A stretch of 64,000 nt of DNA from Dehalococcoidia bacterium (GTDB lineage: Bacteria > Chloroflexota > Dehalococcoidia > Lucifugimonadales > QGNO01): positions 24,236 to 88,235 of the forward strand of contig CBDCQF010000010.1 in NCBI GenBank assembly GCA_965220545.1, read 5' to 3'. The first letter of the stretch is position 1. Each line of letters starts with the position of its first letter. Both the position numbers and the translations under genes were made by a program. Below are positions 47,551 through 57,461 of this stretch, one piece after another. Below the pieces are notes generated by a model. It had not been told where the DNA came from, ran no database searches, and saw nothing but the letters and a program-made list of their open reading frames with translations.

Positions 47551-48027
47551 CTAAGCGGACAACTCGCCCAAGGCCCGCCGGACTTCCTCATAATCGGGCT
47601 CGTTGGCCGGAGAGGGCGCAAGCCATCTGTAACGCACCACCCCGTCCTTGTCCACAATGAACACCGCCCGGTTCGCCGCAACGTAACCCTGCAATCCCGC
47701 CAGATTGGGCAAGGCTACGTCATATTGGTTCACTACCTCGCGGTTGAAGTCGCTCAATACAGGGAAGTTCAGATTATTGGCGTCGGCCCAGGCCTTTTGC
47801 GCAAAGGGAGGATCGACGCTTATCCCCAGGACTTGGGCGTTCAACGAATTGAACTCGCCTGCTTGGTCTCTAAACGCACACATCTCGGTGGTGCAGACCC
47901 CGGTGAACGCGCCCGGAAAGAAAGCCAAGACCACGTTCTTCCCTCTGAATTCCTCCAGACATCGCTCGTTGCGGTCCTGGTCATACAAGCTAAATCCAGG
48001 GGCTTCCTGTCCGATTTCAATCGCCAT
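47551..48027 (-). CDS. Peroxiredoxin (AhpC/TSA family, AhpE/Bcp-like)
   Basis: 158 aa. GQEAPGFSL and the peroxidatic Cys context FFPGAFTGVCTTE. Confidence 0.85.
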   Translation of the reverse strand: MAIEIGQEAPGFSLYDQDRNERCLEEFRGKNVVLAFFPGAFTGVCTTEMCAFRDQAGEFNSLNAQVLGISVDPPFAQKAWADANNLNFPVLSDFNREVVNQYDVALPNLAGLQGYVAANRAVFIVDKDGVVRYRWLAPSPANEPDYEEVRRALGELSA

Positions 48028-48216
48028 AATCTATCCTCCTAAAGTCAAAAGTGTAGGCGACGGCTACGCCGACCGATAATCCTGCCGCAGCCTGGAATAT
48101 AACCGCGGTTATCCTACCACACCTCTCGGCGCGGACATGGAATGCCAGTCTCAATTTCAGAAGGCGCCACTTCTTTGCCCTCCTTGCTTGCGTCCAATAG
48201 ATATAATGCGTTGCAA

Positions 48217-50199
48217 ATGCTATATGCATCTAACATCAGCAAAATCTATTCAGAGAAGACTCTGTTCAGCAGCCTCAACCTGGCTGTGGCCGCCGGGGAC
48301 CGCATTGCGCTCATAGGCCCAAACGGCTCCGGGAAGACCACGCTTCTGGACATTCTGGCGGGCGACACCTCACCGGACTCAGGGAGCACATCTAGGCGGC
48401 GCAACGTTTCTCTAGGCTATCTCAAGCAGGAGCCCGCGTTGTTTACGGGCAAACCTCTCCTCCAGGAGGTGCTGGACACGAGCCCCGACGTTGTCGATCT
48501 CATGGACGGGGTTGCCGCCACGCAGGAGGCTCTTTCGGCGGAATCTGACCCGGCGAAGCAGGCCGAGTTGATGCAACGCCTCGGGCGGCTTGAGACGGAG
48601 CTCGAGGCCGCCGGCGGGGGCGACAGGGACCACGAGGCCAAAGCCATCCTCTCCGGGCTTGGGTTCAAGGAAGGCGACTTCCTCCGGCCCATGGGCGAGT
48701 TCAGCGGCGGCTGGGTCATGCGGGCGGGGCTGGCACGGCTGCTGTTCAAGAACCCAGAACTCCTCCTTCTGGACGAGCCGACCAACCACCTTGACCTTGA
48801 TGCAAACCTGTGGTTCGAAAAGTACCTGGCCTCCTTTCGGGGCGGGGTGATCATCACGTCTCACGACCGCGCCTTTCTCAACCAGGTCGCAACGAAGGTG
48901 CTTGCCATCGAACAGGACGAGGTGGTCCTGATGAGGGGCAACTACGACGAGTACCTCCTGGCACGGGAGCGTTCCCTGAAGATCAAGCAGGCGGCCGCGG
49001 CCAGGCAGCAGCGCGAGATGAAGAGGCAGATGCGATTCGTGGAGCGCTTTAGAGCCAAGGCGACGAAGGCCAGCCAGGTGCAGAGCCGGTTGAAGCAGCT
49101 CAGCAAGATGAAGACTGTCGAACTGCCAAGGATGACGAAGAAGATCCGCTATTCGTTCCCGGAGCCTCCCAGGAGTGGCTACGAGGTCATCTCCCTGGCC
49201 AACGTGAGCAAATCGTACGGGGAGAACACGGTCTATCGCGGCATGAACCTGGCGCTGTCGCGCGGCGACCGCGTTGCCCTAGTGGGACCAAACGGCGCCG
49301 GCAAGACCACGATGCTGAAGCTGCTGGCGGGCGTACTTTCACCCGACCAGGGGGAACGAAAGACCGGCCACAACGTGGTGTCGGCCTACTACGCACAGCA
49401 CGTCATCGAACTCCTCAATCCCGCCAATACAATCATCGAGGAGCTGCAATACACGGCGCCGGGTGAGCCGGAACGGAACCTTCGCACCACCCTGGGCGGC
49501 TTTTTGTTCAGCGGAGACGACGTCCGCAAGCCGATATCCGTACTATCCGGCGGAGAGAAGGCGCGGGTGGCCCTGGCCAAGCTGCTCTTCCAGCCCAGCA
49601 ACCTCCTCCTTCTGGACGAGCCGACGAACCACCTGGACATCGCTTCCAGGGAGGTGCTCGCTGACGCCCTTGAGGACTACCACGGCACGATTTGCCTGAT
49701 AACCCACGACCGCACCCTCATACGGCAGGTTGCCAACACGATTATTGAGATTAACGCGGGACGGCCCACCGTCTTCCCCGGCGACTACGATGCGTACCTG
49801 TATCGGAAGCAGACCGAGTCCCGTGGCAGCACAGCCGACCCAGCCTCGAACGGCGCGACCGTGGCTTCGGGAGGGAACACCACTACCAGGAGACGGCCAG
49901 GGCGGTCCCGAAGCGCAGAGGAGGAACAACGCCGGTCGCTTGCCAGAGAAGCCCGCAAACTGGAGAAGCGAATAGAGGAGATAAACGCTTCGCTCTCCGG
50001 CTACGAGACTCGCATAGCGGAATTGGAGGCCATGTTCTCGCGACCCAGCCACTTCCAAGGCCCTACCCAGCTAACGTCGGCAGGAGAGCGATACCGCGTG
50101 CTCAAAGAGGAGGCGGGGGCCCTTTGGGAGGAGTGGGAAAGGTTGTCGTTGGAGGCGGAGAACATAGACGTCAAGCTGGCGGAACTAAAGGCCTCCTAG
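48217..50199 (+). CDS. ABC-F family ATPase (two ABC domains, no TM domain)
   Basis: Track ORF 48142..50199, likely starting at ATG 48217. Walker [10 protein letters not shown] and GPNGAGKTT, signatures FSGGW and LSGGEK, an inter-domain linker and a C-terminal coiled coil. Confidence 0.85.
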   Translation: MLYASNISKIYSEKTLFSSLNLAVAAGDRIALIGPNGSGKTTLLDILAGDTSPDSGSTSRRRNVSLGYLKQEPALFTGKPLLQEVLDTSPDVVDLMDGVAATQEALSAESDPAKQAELMQRLGRLETELEAAGGGDRDHEAKAILSGLGFKEGDFLRPMGEFSGGWVMRAGLARLLFKNPELLLLDEPTNHLDLDANLWFEKYLASFRGGVIITSHDRAFLNQVATKVLAIEQDEVVLMRGNYDEYLLARERSLKIKQAAAARQQREMKRQMRFVERFRAKATKASQVQSRLKQLSKMKTVELPRMTKKIRYSFPEPPRSGYEVISLANVSKSYGENTVYRGMNLALSRGDRVALVGPNGAGKTTMLKLLAGVLSPDQGERKTGHNVVSAYYAQHVIELLNPANTIIEELQYTAPGEPERNLRTTLGGFLFSGDDVRKPISVLSGGEKARVALAKLLFQPSNLLLLDEPTNHLDIASREVLADALEDYHGTICLITHDRTLIRQVANTIIEINAGRPTVFPGDYDAYLYRKQTESRGSTADPASNGATVASGGNTTTRRRPGRSRSAEEEQRRSLAREARKLEKRIEEINASLSGYETRIAELEAMFSRPSHFQGPTQLTSAGERYRVLKEEAGALWEEWERLSLEAENIDVKLAELKAS

Positions 50200-50332
50200 G
50201 CCAGCAGAGTAAGTGGGTTGTTATCCTGAGGATGCGCCGGAGTTGTCTACCTGACACTTCCTTGCTATGTTTCGTTATCATGAGCGAATCAGTTGCGCGT
50301 CCTCCCCAGCAACAAGGACTGAAGAGGAGCTG

Positions 50333-50881
50333 ATGTCAGAGGCAGACCAGGTGAAGCAGGGCGCAGCCGCCCTGGCAGACCTCTTCGAATCGGATTATGA
50401 GCGCATCGCCCGTTACATTGCAGTACGTATCGGCAACACCGGACACGCGGAAGAACTGGCCGGAGACGTGTTCGTGAGAGCATTGGAGAGGATAGACACC
50501 TTCCAATGGCGTGATGTGCCAATGCAGGCCTGGTTGTTTCGTATTGCCCACAACTTGGTCGTCGACTACCTGCGAAAGAACTCGCGGCGCAAGTACACGT
50601 CCCTGGACGAAGCCCTGGATATCGCCTCTTCTGACAGCCCGGAAAACGAAACCCTGCTCAACATACAGCGAGAAGAGATTGTGGCAGCCATGGAGTCTCT
50701 AACCCCGGCTCAGCGTGAAGTAGTGACGTTGCGCTTCTTTGGAGAGCTTACTTCCAAAGAAGTGGCAAACGTGGTGAAGAGGAGTCACGGCGCGGTTAGA
50801 GAGCTTCAATCCAGCGCTATGAAGACATTGAGAAAGATTCTCAATGCCCAGCCCGCCTCCTGCATTGAGGTGGAAGGATAA
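50333..50881 (+). CDS. ECF-type RNA polymerase sigma-70 family factor
   Basis: Track ORF 50267..50881, likely starting at MSEADQ (50333) after gaggag. Region 2 is AWLFRIAHNLVVDYLRK. Region 4 is LTPAQREVVTLRFFGELTSKEVA. Confidence 0.8.
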   Translation: MSEADQVKQGAAALADLFESDYERIARYIAVRIGNTGHAEELAGDVFVRALERIDTFQWRDVPMQAWLFRIAHNLVVDYLRKNSRRKYTSLDEALDIASSDSPENETLLNIQREEIVAAMESLTPAQREVVTLRFFGELTSKEVANVVKRSHGAVRELQSSAMKTLRKILNAQPASCIEVEG

Positions 50882-50882
50882 G

Positions 50883-51800
50883 ATGAACATAGAACGGGGC
50901 AACTTTGAACAGGTCTTGGACGCCTGCCTGGACCAGGTCCTGCGGGAAGGCGGCTCCCTGGAGCTTTGCCTACGGCAGTATCCGGAGCACGCCGCGGAAC
51001 TGGAGCCGCTCCTCAAACTGGCCGTGGAGTCCAAGCAGCAACTCGACTTCAGGCCCAGCCCCCAAGCCAAAACAAAGGCTCGCATGGCGCTCCAACAAGC
51101 CATCCAGGACCGCGAGGCAAATCGTTACTCGTCCACTCTGATGGACTACCTGAAGAAGTTGTCTACCTCTCTGTCGGCTAGGCATCGCTGGGCGGTCAGC
51201 GCCGTCGCTGGAATGATCCTTCTGGCGTTCACGGGCACCGGACTGGTCTCAGTTTCCAGCAACAGCACACCCGACCAGCATCTCTACCCCGTAAAGCGCG
51301 CGATGGAACAGACGCAGATGTTCTTCACACGCGGCGATCAGAGCAGAGCAGACCTGTATGCCAAGTTTGCCGAACGGCGTCTGGTTGAACTGGAAGTTCT
51401 GGGGACAAAGGGAAATATGGAACACGTTCCAAGATTGACCCAGGACCTGGACTACAGCTTGAAGCAGGTACGGCTCTTTGCCATCCCCGGTGTGCGCGTC
51501 TTCTATCTGGACGATGGCACACACGTTCCAACCGAATTCAGGCCAATCTTCGTCCAGGGCAGTGAGATACGGCAGCCGCCGGTGAACTTCAGGCTGGATC
51601 CAATCGCACTGGAAAACCTAGAGCGCCTACGTGCCAAGCTGCAGTGGGACTTCAACTACCGTGCGTCCGTTCTGCACAAGGTCTTTCAGAACGCGCCTCC
51701 ATCCGTCCAGGCGGAGGTGGTGAGATCTCTGCAAATCACGGAACGCGAGTACATGGGTCTAATCTACACCATCAACATGATCATAGAAGAGGGTTCCTAA
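50883..51800 (+). CDS. Putative anti-sigma factor (single-pass membrane protein)
   Basis: Starts 2 nt after the sigma-factor stop (MNIERGNFEQVLDACLDQV...). Has one TM helix (WAVSAVAGMILLAFTGTGLVSV) and an extracytoplasmic helical domain. Confidence 0.45.
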   Translation: MNIERGNFEQVLDACLDQVLREGGSLELCLRQYPEHAAELEPLLKLAVESKQQLDFRPSPQAKTKARMALQQAIQDREANRYSSTLMDYLKKLSTSLSARHRWAVSAVAGMILLAFTGTGLVSVSSNSTPDQHLYPVKRAMEQTQMFFTRGDQSRADLYAKFAERRLVELEVLGTKGNMEHVPRLTQDLDYSLKQVRLFAIPGVRVFYLDDGTHVPTEFRPIFVQGSEIRQPPVNFRLDPIALENLERLRAKLQWDFNYRASVLHKVFQNAPPSVQAEVVRSLQITEREYMGLIYTINMIIEEGS

Positions 51801-51890
51801 GCGTCGTCATTGTGGGTTGAAGATGCCCCGGACTGCGCCACGTCGGGCATGCACCCGTCGAATCCGGGGCTTGGGGGACTAGTCCCCTAC

Positions 51891-51930
51891 GATGAGGGCC
51901 ATTCTGTGATGAATAGCCCTCATCCTTTGT
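51891..51930. terminator. Hairpin between convergent genes (possible bidirectional terminator)
   Basis: gatgagggc, a 16-nt loop, then gccctcatc followed by ctttgtt. The perfect palindrome ggggactagtcccc (51874-51887) lies just upstream. Confidence 0.35.
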
Positions 51931-51940
51931 TACGGCGCAC

Positions 51941-52903
51941 CTAGCCGATGATGCCGGACACTTCCTTGAGCTGGGGCAGCGAGAGATTCCCGCCGCTGAC
52001 CACCAGCACAACCCGCCTGTTCCGTATCTCTTCCTTGGCCTTAATGGCTCCGGCCAGCGCCGCTGCGCCCGCCCCTTCGGCCAGGGTGTGAGCGCGCTCG
52101 ATCAGGTGCAGTATGGACTCCTTGATCTCCTCGTCGCTGACCAGCACAAAGTCGTCCAGCATGTCCCACAGGATTCTCTGTGTCAGCTCGTATCCTGAAC
52201 CCGTGGCCAGACCTTCCGCGAAAGTGTTGTTCCCCGCTTGCGTAATCTCGCGTTTCTTCCAGGAGAGGTAGGCCCCCTGCGCCTGCTCCGACTGCACGGC
52301 TATCACCTTGACGCTGGGATTCACCGACTTGGCTGCAATGCAAGTTCCGGATGCGCCGCTTCCGCCTCCCAGGGGTACGAATATGTACTCCACGTCGGGG
52401 AGGTCTTCCAGTATCTCCAGGGCATATGTCCCCGCGCCTGCAACCAAGTCCGGCTCATTCGCCGAATGTATGTACCTGTAGCCGTACTCCTTTTGCAAAT
52501 TCTCGGCGTGAACCTTGGCCTCATCGAACACGCTGCCGAAAAAGACCACGTCGGCTCCCAGCGATTGCACCGCCGCCACCTTGCTGGGATTGCTTCCTTC
52601 CGGCATCACAACGACGGCCTTGATCCCCAGCACCGACCCGGCATAGGCTATGGCCTGAGCGTGGTTCCCCGTAGACGCCGTTACCACGCCTCGCTGCCGG
52701 TCTTCATCACCTAGGTTGTGCATCGTGTTGATGCCTCCCCTAGCCTTGAACGCGCCCAGGGCATGGTGGTTCTCATGTTTGAGGTGGACCTCAGCGTTCA
52801 ACATCTCGCTGAGCCTGGGATAGTAGTGCAACGGGGTACGCGGCAGGTAGCGCGACACCACCTGCCGCGCCCGAAATATATCCGCTAGTGTTGGGACTCT
52901 CAT
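51941..52903 (-). CDS. PLP-dependent threonine/serine dehydratase
   Basis: 320 aa. PLP-lysine context HLKHENHHALGAFKARGG, then TASTGNHAQA and GGGSGASG. Confidence 0.75.
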   Translation of the reverse strand: MRVPTLADIFRARQVVSRYLPRTPLHYYPRLSEMLNAEVHLKHENHHALGAFKARGGINTMHNLGDEDRQRGVVTASTGNHAQAIAYAGSVLGIKAVVVMPEGSNPSKVAAVQSLGADVVFFGSVFDEAKVHAENLQKEYGYRYIHSANEPDLVAGAGTYALEILEDLPDVEYIFVPLGGGSGASGTCIAAKSVNPSVKVIAVQSEQAQGAYLSWKKREITQAGNNTFAEGLATGSGYELTQRILWDMLDDFVLVSDEEIKESILHLIERAHTLAEGAGAAALAGAIKAKEEIRNRRVVLVVSGGNLSLPQLKEVSGIIG

Positions 52904-53087
52904 GAGCGCTGTAACCCTCCGTTAGCTCCGTATACTGTTCGTGGCTTCTAAACTATAGCAGAGATGCGGGCAAGCGGGACGATGGGCAAGCGAGTGTTGC
53001 TAACCGTATTCTCTCTCACACAACAAAAGGCACAGGTCTTGTATAAAGAGATACGATAAGGGTAGAGATACGTACTATCATTAGAGA

Positions 53088-54827
53088 ATGTGGAAAGCAT
53101 GCAGCCGGAGCGAAGCTATGAGCAATCCTGTTGAAAGCCGTGAACCCTGGTGGGCGCCGGGGACTAACGGCGGCTTCAACCAGCGATGCGTCTCCGCCCT
53201 CACTCATCCCGCAACCGTAATCGCGCTGGCAACCCTGCTGCTCAACGACGTGCTCTTCAAGGCCCTCTGGCCTGATGCATGGATTACCGGCAAGCTCAGC
53301 GACCTCGCCTGGGTGATCTTTGCGCTTCCCCTACTGGCATTCCTCCTCTCCCTCTGCACCCGCGGCAACCGCATCGCCGCGCGTACAGCCTTCCTCACCG
53401 CCTACGTTGGACTGCCTCTGCTCTACGCCGCCTTCAATACCTTTGAGCCGGTCCACTACTGGATTCTACGCGGACTCTCCATAGCGTCCGGTGGAAGCGC
53501 AGGGGCTCCGTTGGATGCTACGGACTCAATGGTCATACCTCTGGGATGGGGCATAGCGGTCTGGGTGTGGCAACGACCCGCTCTAAGTCCGCATGCCATG
53601 CGAATGAGATGGGGAATGCTGGTGGCGGGGGTGGCGGTGCTTGCCAGCATAGCATCGAGCCCGCCACCGGTAGATCTGGGCATCACCGGCGTAGGGGTCT
53701 CCGAGGACGGGATCCTTCACGCCAGTGCACGCTATTACGATCAATATCCCTTAAATTACTCTACACATCTAAGCAAGGACGGCGGTCTGACATGGACTAA
53801 CAGCTTTACCTACCAGCGGGGCAGTGTCACATGGGGTGGCCAAACCGTTGAGACTCCCAGGGGCAGGTACACCATACAGGGAACGGACATCGCGCTGCTC
53901 GGCGGCGGGACGGTCTACTCGACGGCGTACCTGCGGAAGGCGGGCAACGTGTGGACGCAGGAGCAATCGACAACGCATTTGGGAGACAGGGAGGTAGCCA
54001 CCGAGTTAAGAGCCATCGTCTACGACGAGCGGAGCGGCAACGTGGTCGTTGCACTGGGCCTCCAGGGCGTATTGGTCGGAACATCCGACGGGCAATGGAT
54101 GCCGTACGCTGTCGGGCCATACACACCCACGGACTTCTCCTTCTTGCACAAGACGCGTCTGTTGTTGACCAATCCCAGCTTCTGGGCCGTTGCGCTTGTG
54201 CTCTCTCTATCAATAACCGGAGCGGGCCTGATTCTGTCGCAATACCAGCCGAAAGACTACTCCCTGTCCATAGCAAGCGTCGTCTTGGGTCTAGGAATGA
54301 TCTTAGGTCTAGGGCTCCCATATTTGCTGGGATTCATATTCCTATCCGGTACGTATTCCTTCATTGTAGCAATCGTGGCAGGAGCATTTCTTCTCCTTGC
54401 TCCAATAGTGACAGGTGTTGTTATAGGAGCAAGGAGAAAGCCGAGCAGGTTCCAGAAGAGATTTTCGTTGGGAATAGTCATCATATCCTTTCTGGCGTCC
54501 GGCTACGTACTGGTCGCGTTCCCCGGCTCCTCCTCCACCGGGAGCATTATTGACCTTACAGGTCTGTATACATTGTTTGCTTACGTAGTGATAGCTCAGT
54601 TTGGAATCACATCTATAGCGGTCTCATGGCGACTGCTCCGGTACTGGCCTGTGGTGCTCCTATCCCTGTCAGGTATGATCTTCCTGATTGTTCTGGCTTT
54701 CATGTTGTGGCTGCACCTCGGCATCCCGCTGGTTCTGGCCAAACTCTCAGCCCTTGCCCTCACGGGGTTCGTGGGCTTCCGGCTGTCAGACTACGTAAAA
54801 CGGAAGACCGCCAACCGCCAACCTTGA
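53088..54827 (+). CDS. Polytopic membrane protein with a central BNR/Asp-box-containing soluble domain
   Basis: 579 aa. About 5 N-terminal and about 6 C-terminal TM helices flank a ~170-aa region containing SKDGGLTWT (an Asp-box). Confidence 0.45.
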   Translation: MWKACSRSEAMSNPVESREPWWAPGTNGGFNQRCVSALTHPATVIALATLLLNDVLFKALWPDAWITGKLSDLAWVIFALPLLAFLLSLCTRGNRIAARTAFLTAYVGLPLLYAAFNTFEPVHYWILRGLSIASGGSAGAPLDATDSMVIPLGWGIAVWVWQRPALSPHAMRMRWGMLVAGVAVLASIASSPPPVDLGITGVGVSEDGILHASARYYDQYPLNYSTHLSKDGGLTWTNSFTYQRGSVTWGGQTVETPRGRYTIQGTDIALLGGGTVYSTAYLRKAGNVWTQEQSTTHLGDREVATELRAIVYDERSGNVVVALGLQGVLVGTSDGQWMPYAVGPYTPTDFSFLHKTRLLLTNPSFWAVALVLSLSITGAGLILSQYQPKDYSLSIASVVLGLGMILGLGLPYLLGFIFLSGTYSFIVAIVAGAFLLLAPIVTGVVIGARRKPSRFQKRFSLGIVIISFLASGYVLVAFPGSSSTGSIIDLTGLYTLFAYVVIAQFGITSIAVSWRLLRYWPVVLLSLSGMIFLIVLAFMLWLHLGIPLVLAKLSALALTGFVGFRLSDYVKRKTANRQP

Positions 54828-54867
54828 CCGGAAAGTTCTAGCTGTGCTACGCTCAATTGCAGCAGCT

Positions 54868-55130
54868 AAGACGGAGACGAGTAAGCCAGTTTTCCGGCAT
54901 AGCGAGTCCGGTACGGTGGAAGCGGACGCTAGGAGCCTGGCCGAAAATCCCTCCTGAGCCTCCCGCCGAAATCCTGTTCCACAATAGGACAGGAAAGTAG
55001 ACCGGGACGGAGTTGTCTCCCGTTATGACAGACAGGGGTGTGACTGCACCTCAATAGAGTGCCCCGGTTTTGGGGAAGAAGAGTGGTACCACGGGTAAAA
55101 GGCTCGTCTCTTGTGAGACGGGCTGTTTTT
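54868..55130 (+). promoter_or_regulatory. T-box leader (tRNA-sensing riboswitch) with a terminator, upstream of cimA
   Basis: Stem I elements in canonical order: GAGUA (54890-54894), helix AGCCAG/CUGGC, AG bulge AGCGA (54901-54905), and distal hairpin gtccg-GUACGGUGGAAG-cggac. The T-box sequence AGAGUGGUACCACGG (55080-55094) matches 10 of 11 positions of the GUGGUACCGCG core I remember. A terminator hairpin and U-run follow. Confidence 0.65.
55101..55130 (+). terminator. Intrinsic terminator of the T-box leader
   Basis: ggctcgtctc-ttgt-gagacgggct forms a 10-bp stem (two G-U pairs) followed by gttttt, 21 nt before the cimA start. Confidence 0.6.
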
Positions 55131-55151
55131 ATGTAGACCGGTAAGCAGGAC

Positions 55152-56738
55152 ATGATGAACAAAGTTGAACTTTACGATACGACTTTAAGAGACGGCGCTC
55201 AGATGGAGGGGATCTCCCTCTCCGTAGCGGACAAGATCAAGATTACGCGCAAGCTGGACGAGCTTGGCGTGGCCTACATAGAAGGCGGCTGGCCGGGCTC
55301 CAATCCCAAGGACGCGGAATATTTTCGTAGGGCCAAATTCCTCAATCTATCGAACTCCACCATAGTCGCTTTTGGAAGCACACGGCGAGCAGGCGGCTCC
55401 GCCGACCAGGACGCCAATCTGAAAACGCTCATTGAGGCGGAGACTCCGGTGATCACCCTGGTAGCCAAGAGCTGGGACATGCAGGTCACGCGAATCCTGG
55501 AAACAAGCCTGGAAGAGAACCTGGCCATGATTTCAGACTCCGTTGCCTTTCTCAAAGAACAGGGGCGGCGCGTGTTCCTGGACGCTGAGCACTTCTTCGA
55601 CGGATACAAGGCGGACCCGGAGTACGCGTTACAGTGCATCAGCGCCGCCGCTTCCGCGGGCGCTGAGACCATAATCCTCTGCGACACCAACGGCGGAACG
55701 CTGCCTCACGAGGTGCAAGAAATCGTATCCAGGGTGAAGCAGCAGATCGACGTGCCGCTGGGCATTCACGCCCATAACGACTGCGAGGTGGCGGTGGCCA
55801 ACAGCCTGGCGGCAGTGGCGGCGGGCGTCAGACAGGTACAGGGATGCATCAACGGATACGGGGAGCGCTGCGGCAACGCCAACATCCTATCGGTTGCGGC
55901 CAACCTGAAGCTGAAGTTAGGCATACCTGCCATCAGCGACAATCAGATGGAATCGCTGACGGAGGTACACAGGTACATAAGCGAGATAGTAAACATGCCC
56001 CCGGTGGGCAACCAGCCGTTTGTGGGCCATAGCGCTTTCAGCCACAAGGGCGGCCTGCACGGCTCGGCAGTGGCCAAGCTGGAGGACAGCTATCAGCACA
56101 TCCGGCCTGAGCTGGTGGGCAACAGCACGCGAATGCTGGTTTCAGAGCTGGCCGGACGCGGCAACGTGGCCTACAAGATCAAAGAGCTTGGCATAGACGT
56201 GGACGTATCCCCGGGGAAAGCGGCTCAGCTGGTGGAAGAGATCAAGGAGCAGGAAAGCATGGGATATCAGTACGAAGGCGCGGAGGCCTCCTTCGAGCTG
56301 CTTGTGCGACGCACCGTGGACGGATACAGCCGCCCATTCCACCCCGTAGACTACCGGGTAATCATTGACCAGCGGCTTGCCCCGGAGATAACCGGCAGCG
56401 AAGAACCGCTTTCGGAAGCCACGGTTAAGATCAGAGTAGGCACGGAAGTCCGGCATACCGCGGATATTGGGAACGGCCCTGTGAACGCCCTGGACGGCGC
56501 TTTGCGCAAAGCCCTGCTCATAGACTACCCGGAATTGAACGCCATCCGCCTGGTGGACTACAAGGTCCGTGTGGTAGACCAGAGCGGCGGGACGGGCGCT
56601 GTAGTCAGGGTGCTGGTGGAATCCACCGACGGCACGCACACCTGGCAGACCGTAGGCGCATCACCCAACATAATCGAAGCAAGCTGGACTGCAATGACCG
56701 ACAGCCTGGAATACTGGCTGCTCAAGTACGGGGAGTAG
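55152..56738 (+). CDS. cimA: Citramalate synthase (Geobacter-type; LeuA/HMGL-like family)
   Basis: 528 aa. LYDTTLRDGAQMEGISLSVADKIKI, YIEGGWPGSNPKD and HAHNDCEVAVANSLAAV, plus a C-terminal LeuA-dimer-type regulatory domain. Length and N-terminus match the long CimA clade rather than LeuA. Confidence 0.75.
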   Translation: MMNKVELYDTTLRDGAQMEGISLSVADKIKITRKLDELGVAYIEGGWPGSNPKDAEYFRRAKFLNLSNSTIVAFGSTRRAGGSADQDANLKTLIEAETPVITLVAKSWDMQVTRILETSLEENLAMISDSVAFLKEQGRRVFLDAEHFFDGYKADPEYALQCISAAASAGAETIILCDTNGGTLPHEVQEIVSRVKQQIDVPLGIHAHNDCEVAVANSLAAVAAGVRQVQGCINGYGERCGNANILSVAANLKLKLGIPAISDNQMESLTEVHRYISEIVNMPPVGNQPFVGHSAFSHKGGLHGSAVAKLEDSYQHIRPELVGNSTRMLVSELAGRGNVAYKIKELGIDVDVSPGKAAQLVEEIKEQESMGYQYEGAEASFELLVRRTVDGYSRPFHPVDYRVIIDQRLAPEITGSEEPLSEATVKIRVGTEVRHTADIGNGPVNALDGALRKALLIDYPELNAIRLVDYKVRVVDQSGGTGAVVRVLVESTDGTHTWQTVGASPNIIEASWTAMTDSLEYWLLKYGE

Positions 56739-56740
56739 TA

Positions 56741-57244
56741 TCAAGCGCCGTTCGATTTTGCAGTCCGCGGAACGTCGCTCATGGCATAGCGGAAATCGCA
56801 ATGTGAAGCGCCTTGCATTATCGTCTGGGTCCTAGTCAGCTTGATTTCAGGGTTAAACCCCTGCGACATAGCGAAGTCACGTCCACAAGAAAGCAAGAAC
56901 CCCAGCTCGGGAATGCCCAGCTCTTTGTACATTTCAGCGTACCGGCAGCGCGTTACGTTGAATGAGTAGATCTCTTCATCTGCCTTGATCGTCTCCGTCT
57001 CTATGGCAGCGTTTCTTGTCCACGGTTCCTTGGCCTTGGCAAAGGTCTTCAGGTCGTGCCCGCCGGAACGTTCAGCCAGAGCCCTGCCCTGCTCCTTGGC
57101 AATCTCCACGATGGTGCGGCCAATGATCTCTCTAGCCCTATCTTCACCAATCTCCCCGGCGAATGCCCTAAACACGGGGCCCAGGACGCCCGCTTCAATC
57201 CGGCGTCTGTCAAGAACGCTCATTTCATCTATATTGAAGGTCAT
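56741..57244 (-). CDS. L-2-amino-thiazoline-4-carboxylic acid hydrolase-family protein
   Basis: Track ORF 56741..57346, likely starting at MTFNIDE (57244). The pattern NVTRCRYAEMYKELGIPELGFLLSCGRDFAMSQGF...TIMQGASHCDFRY is characteristic of the family. Confidence 0.6.
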   Translation of the reverse strand: MTFNIDEMSVLDRRRIEAGVLGPVFRAFAGEIGEDRAREIIGRTIVEIAKEQGRALAERSGGHDLKTFAKAKEPWTRNAAIETETIKADEEIYSFNVTRCRYAEMYKELGIPELGFLLSCGRDFAMSQGFNPEIKLTRTQTIMQGASHCDFRYAMSDVPRTAKSNGA

Positions 57245-57461
57245 ATCGCTTCTCCGATAACCATAGCTGCAGACGCTAAAACTTGACTCAGCTGACAAAG
57301 CTATCTTATCAGATGAGGAATCAACCAAAGACGCCGCCGGCGACAAATCCGGCCAAAGTGGCTATGAACCACGAATTGCCAGTGTTGCGCCCCGCAAAGT
57401 AATGTGTTAGCATCTCGCAAGCTTTTTTCAGAGGCCTGAAGCAGCCGTTAAACCTATTTCA

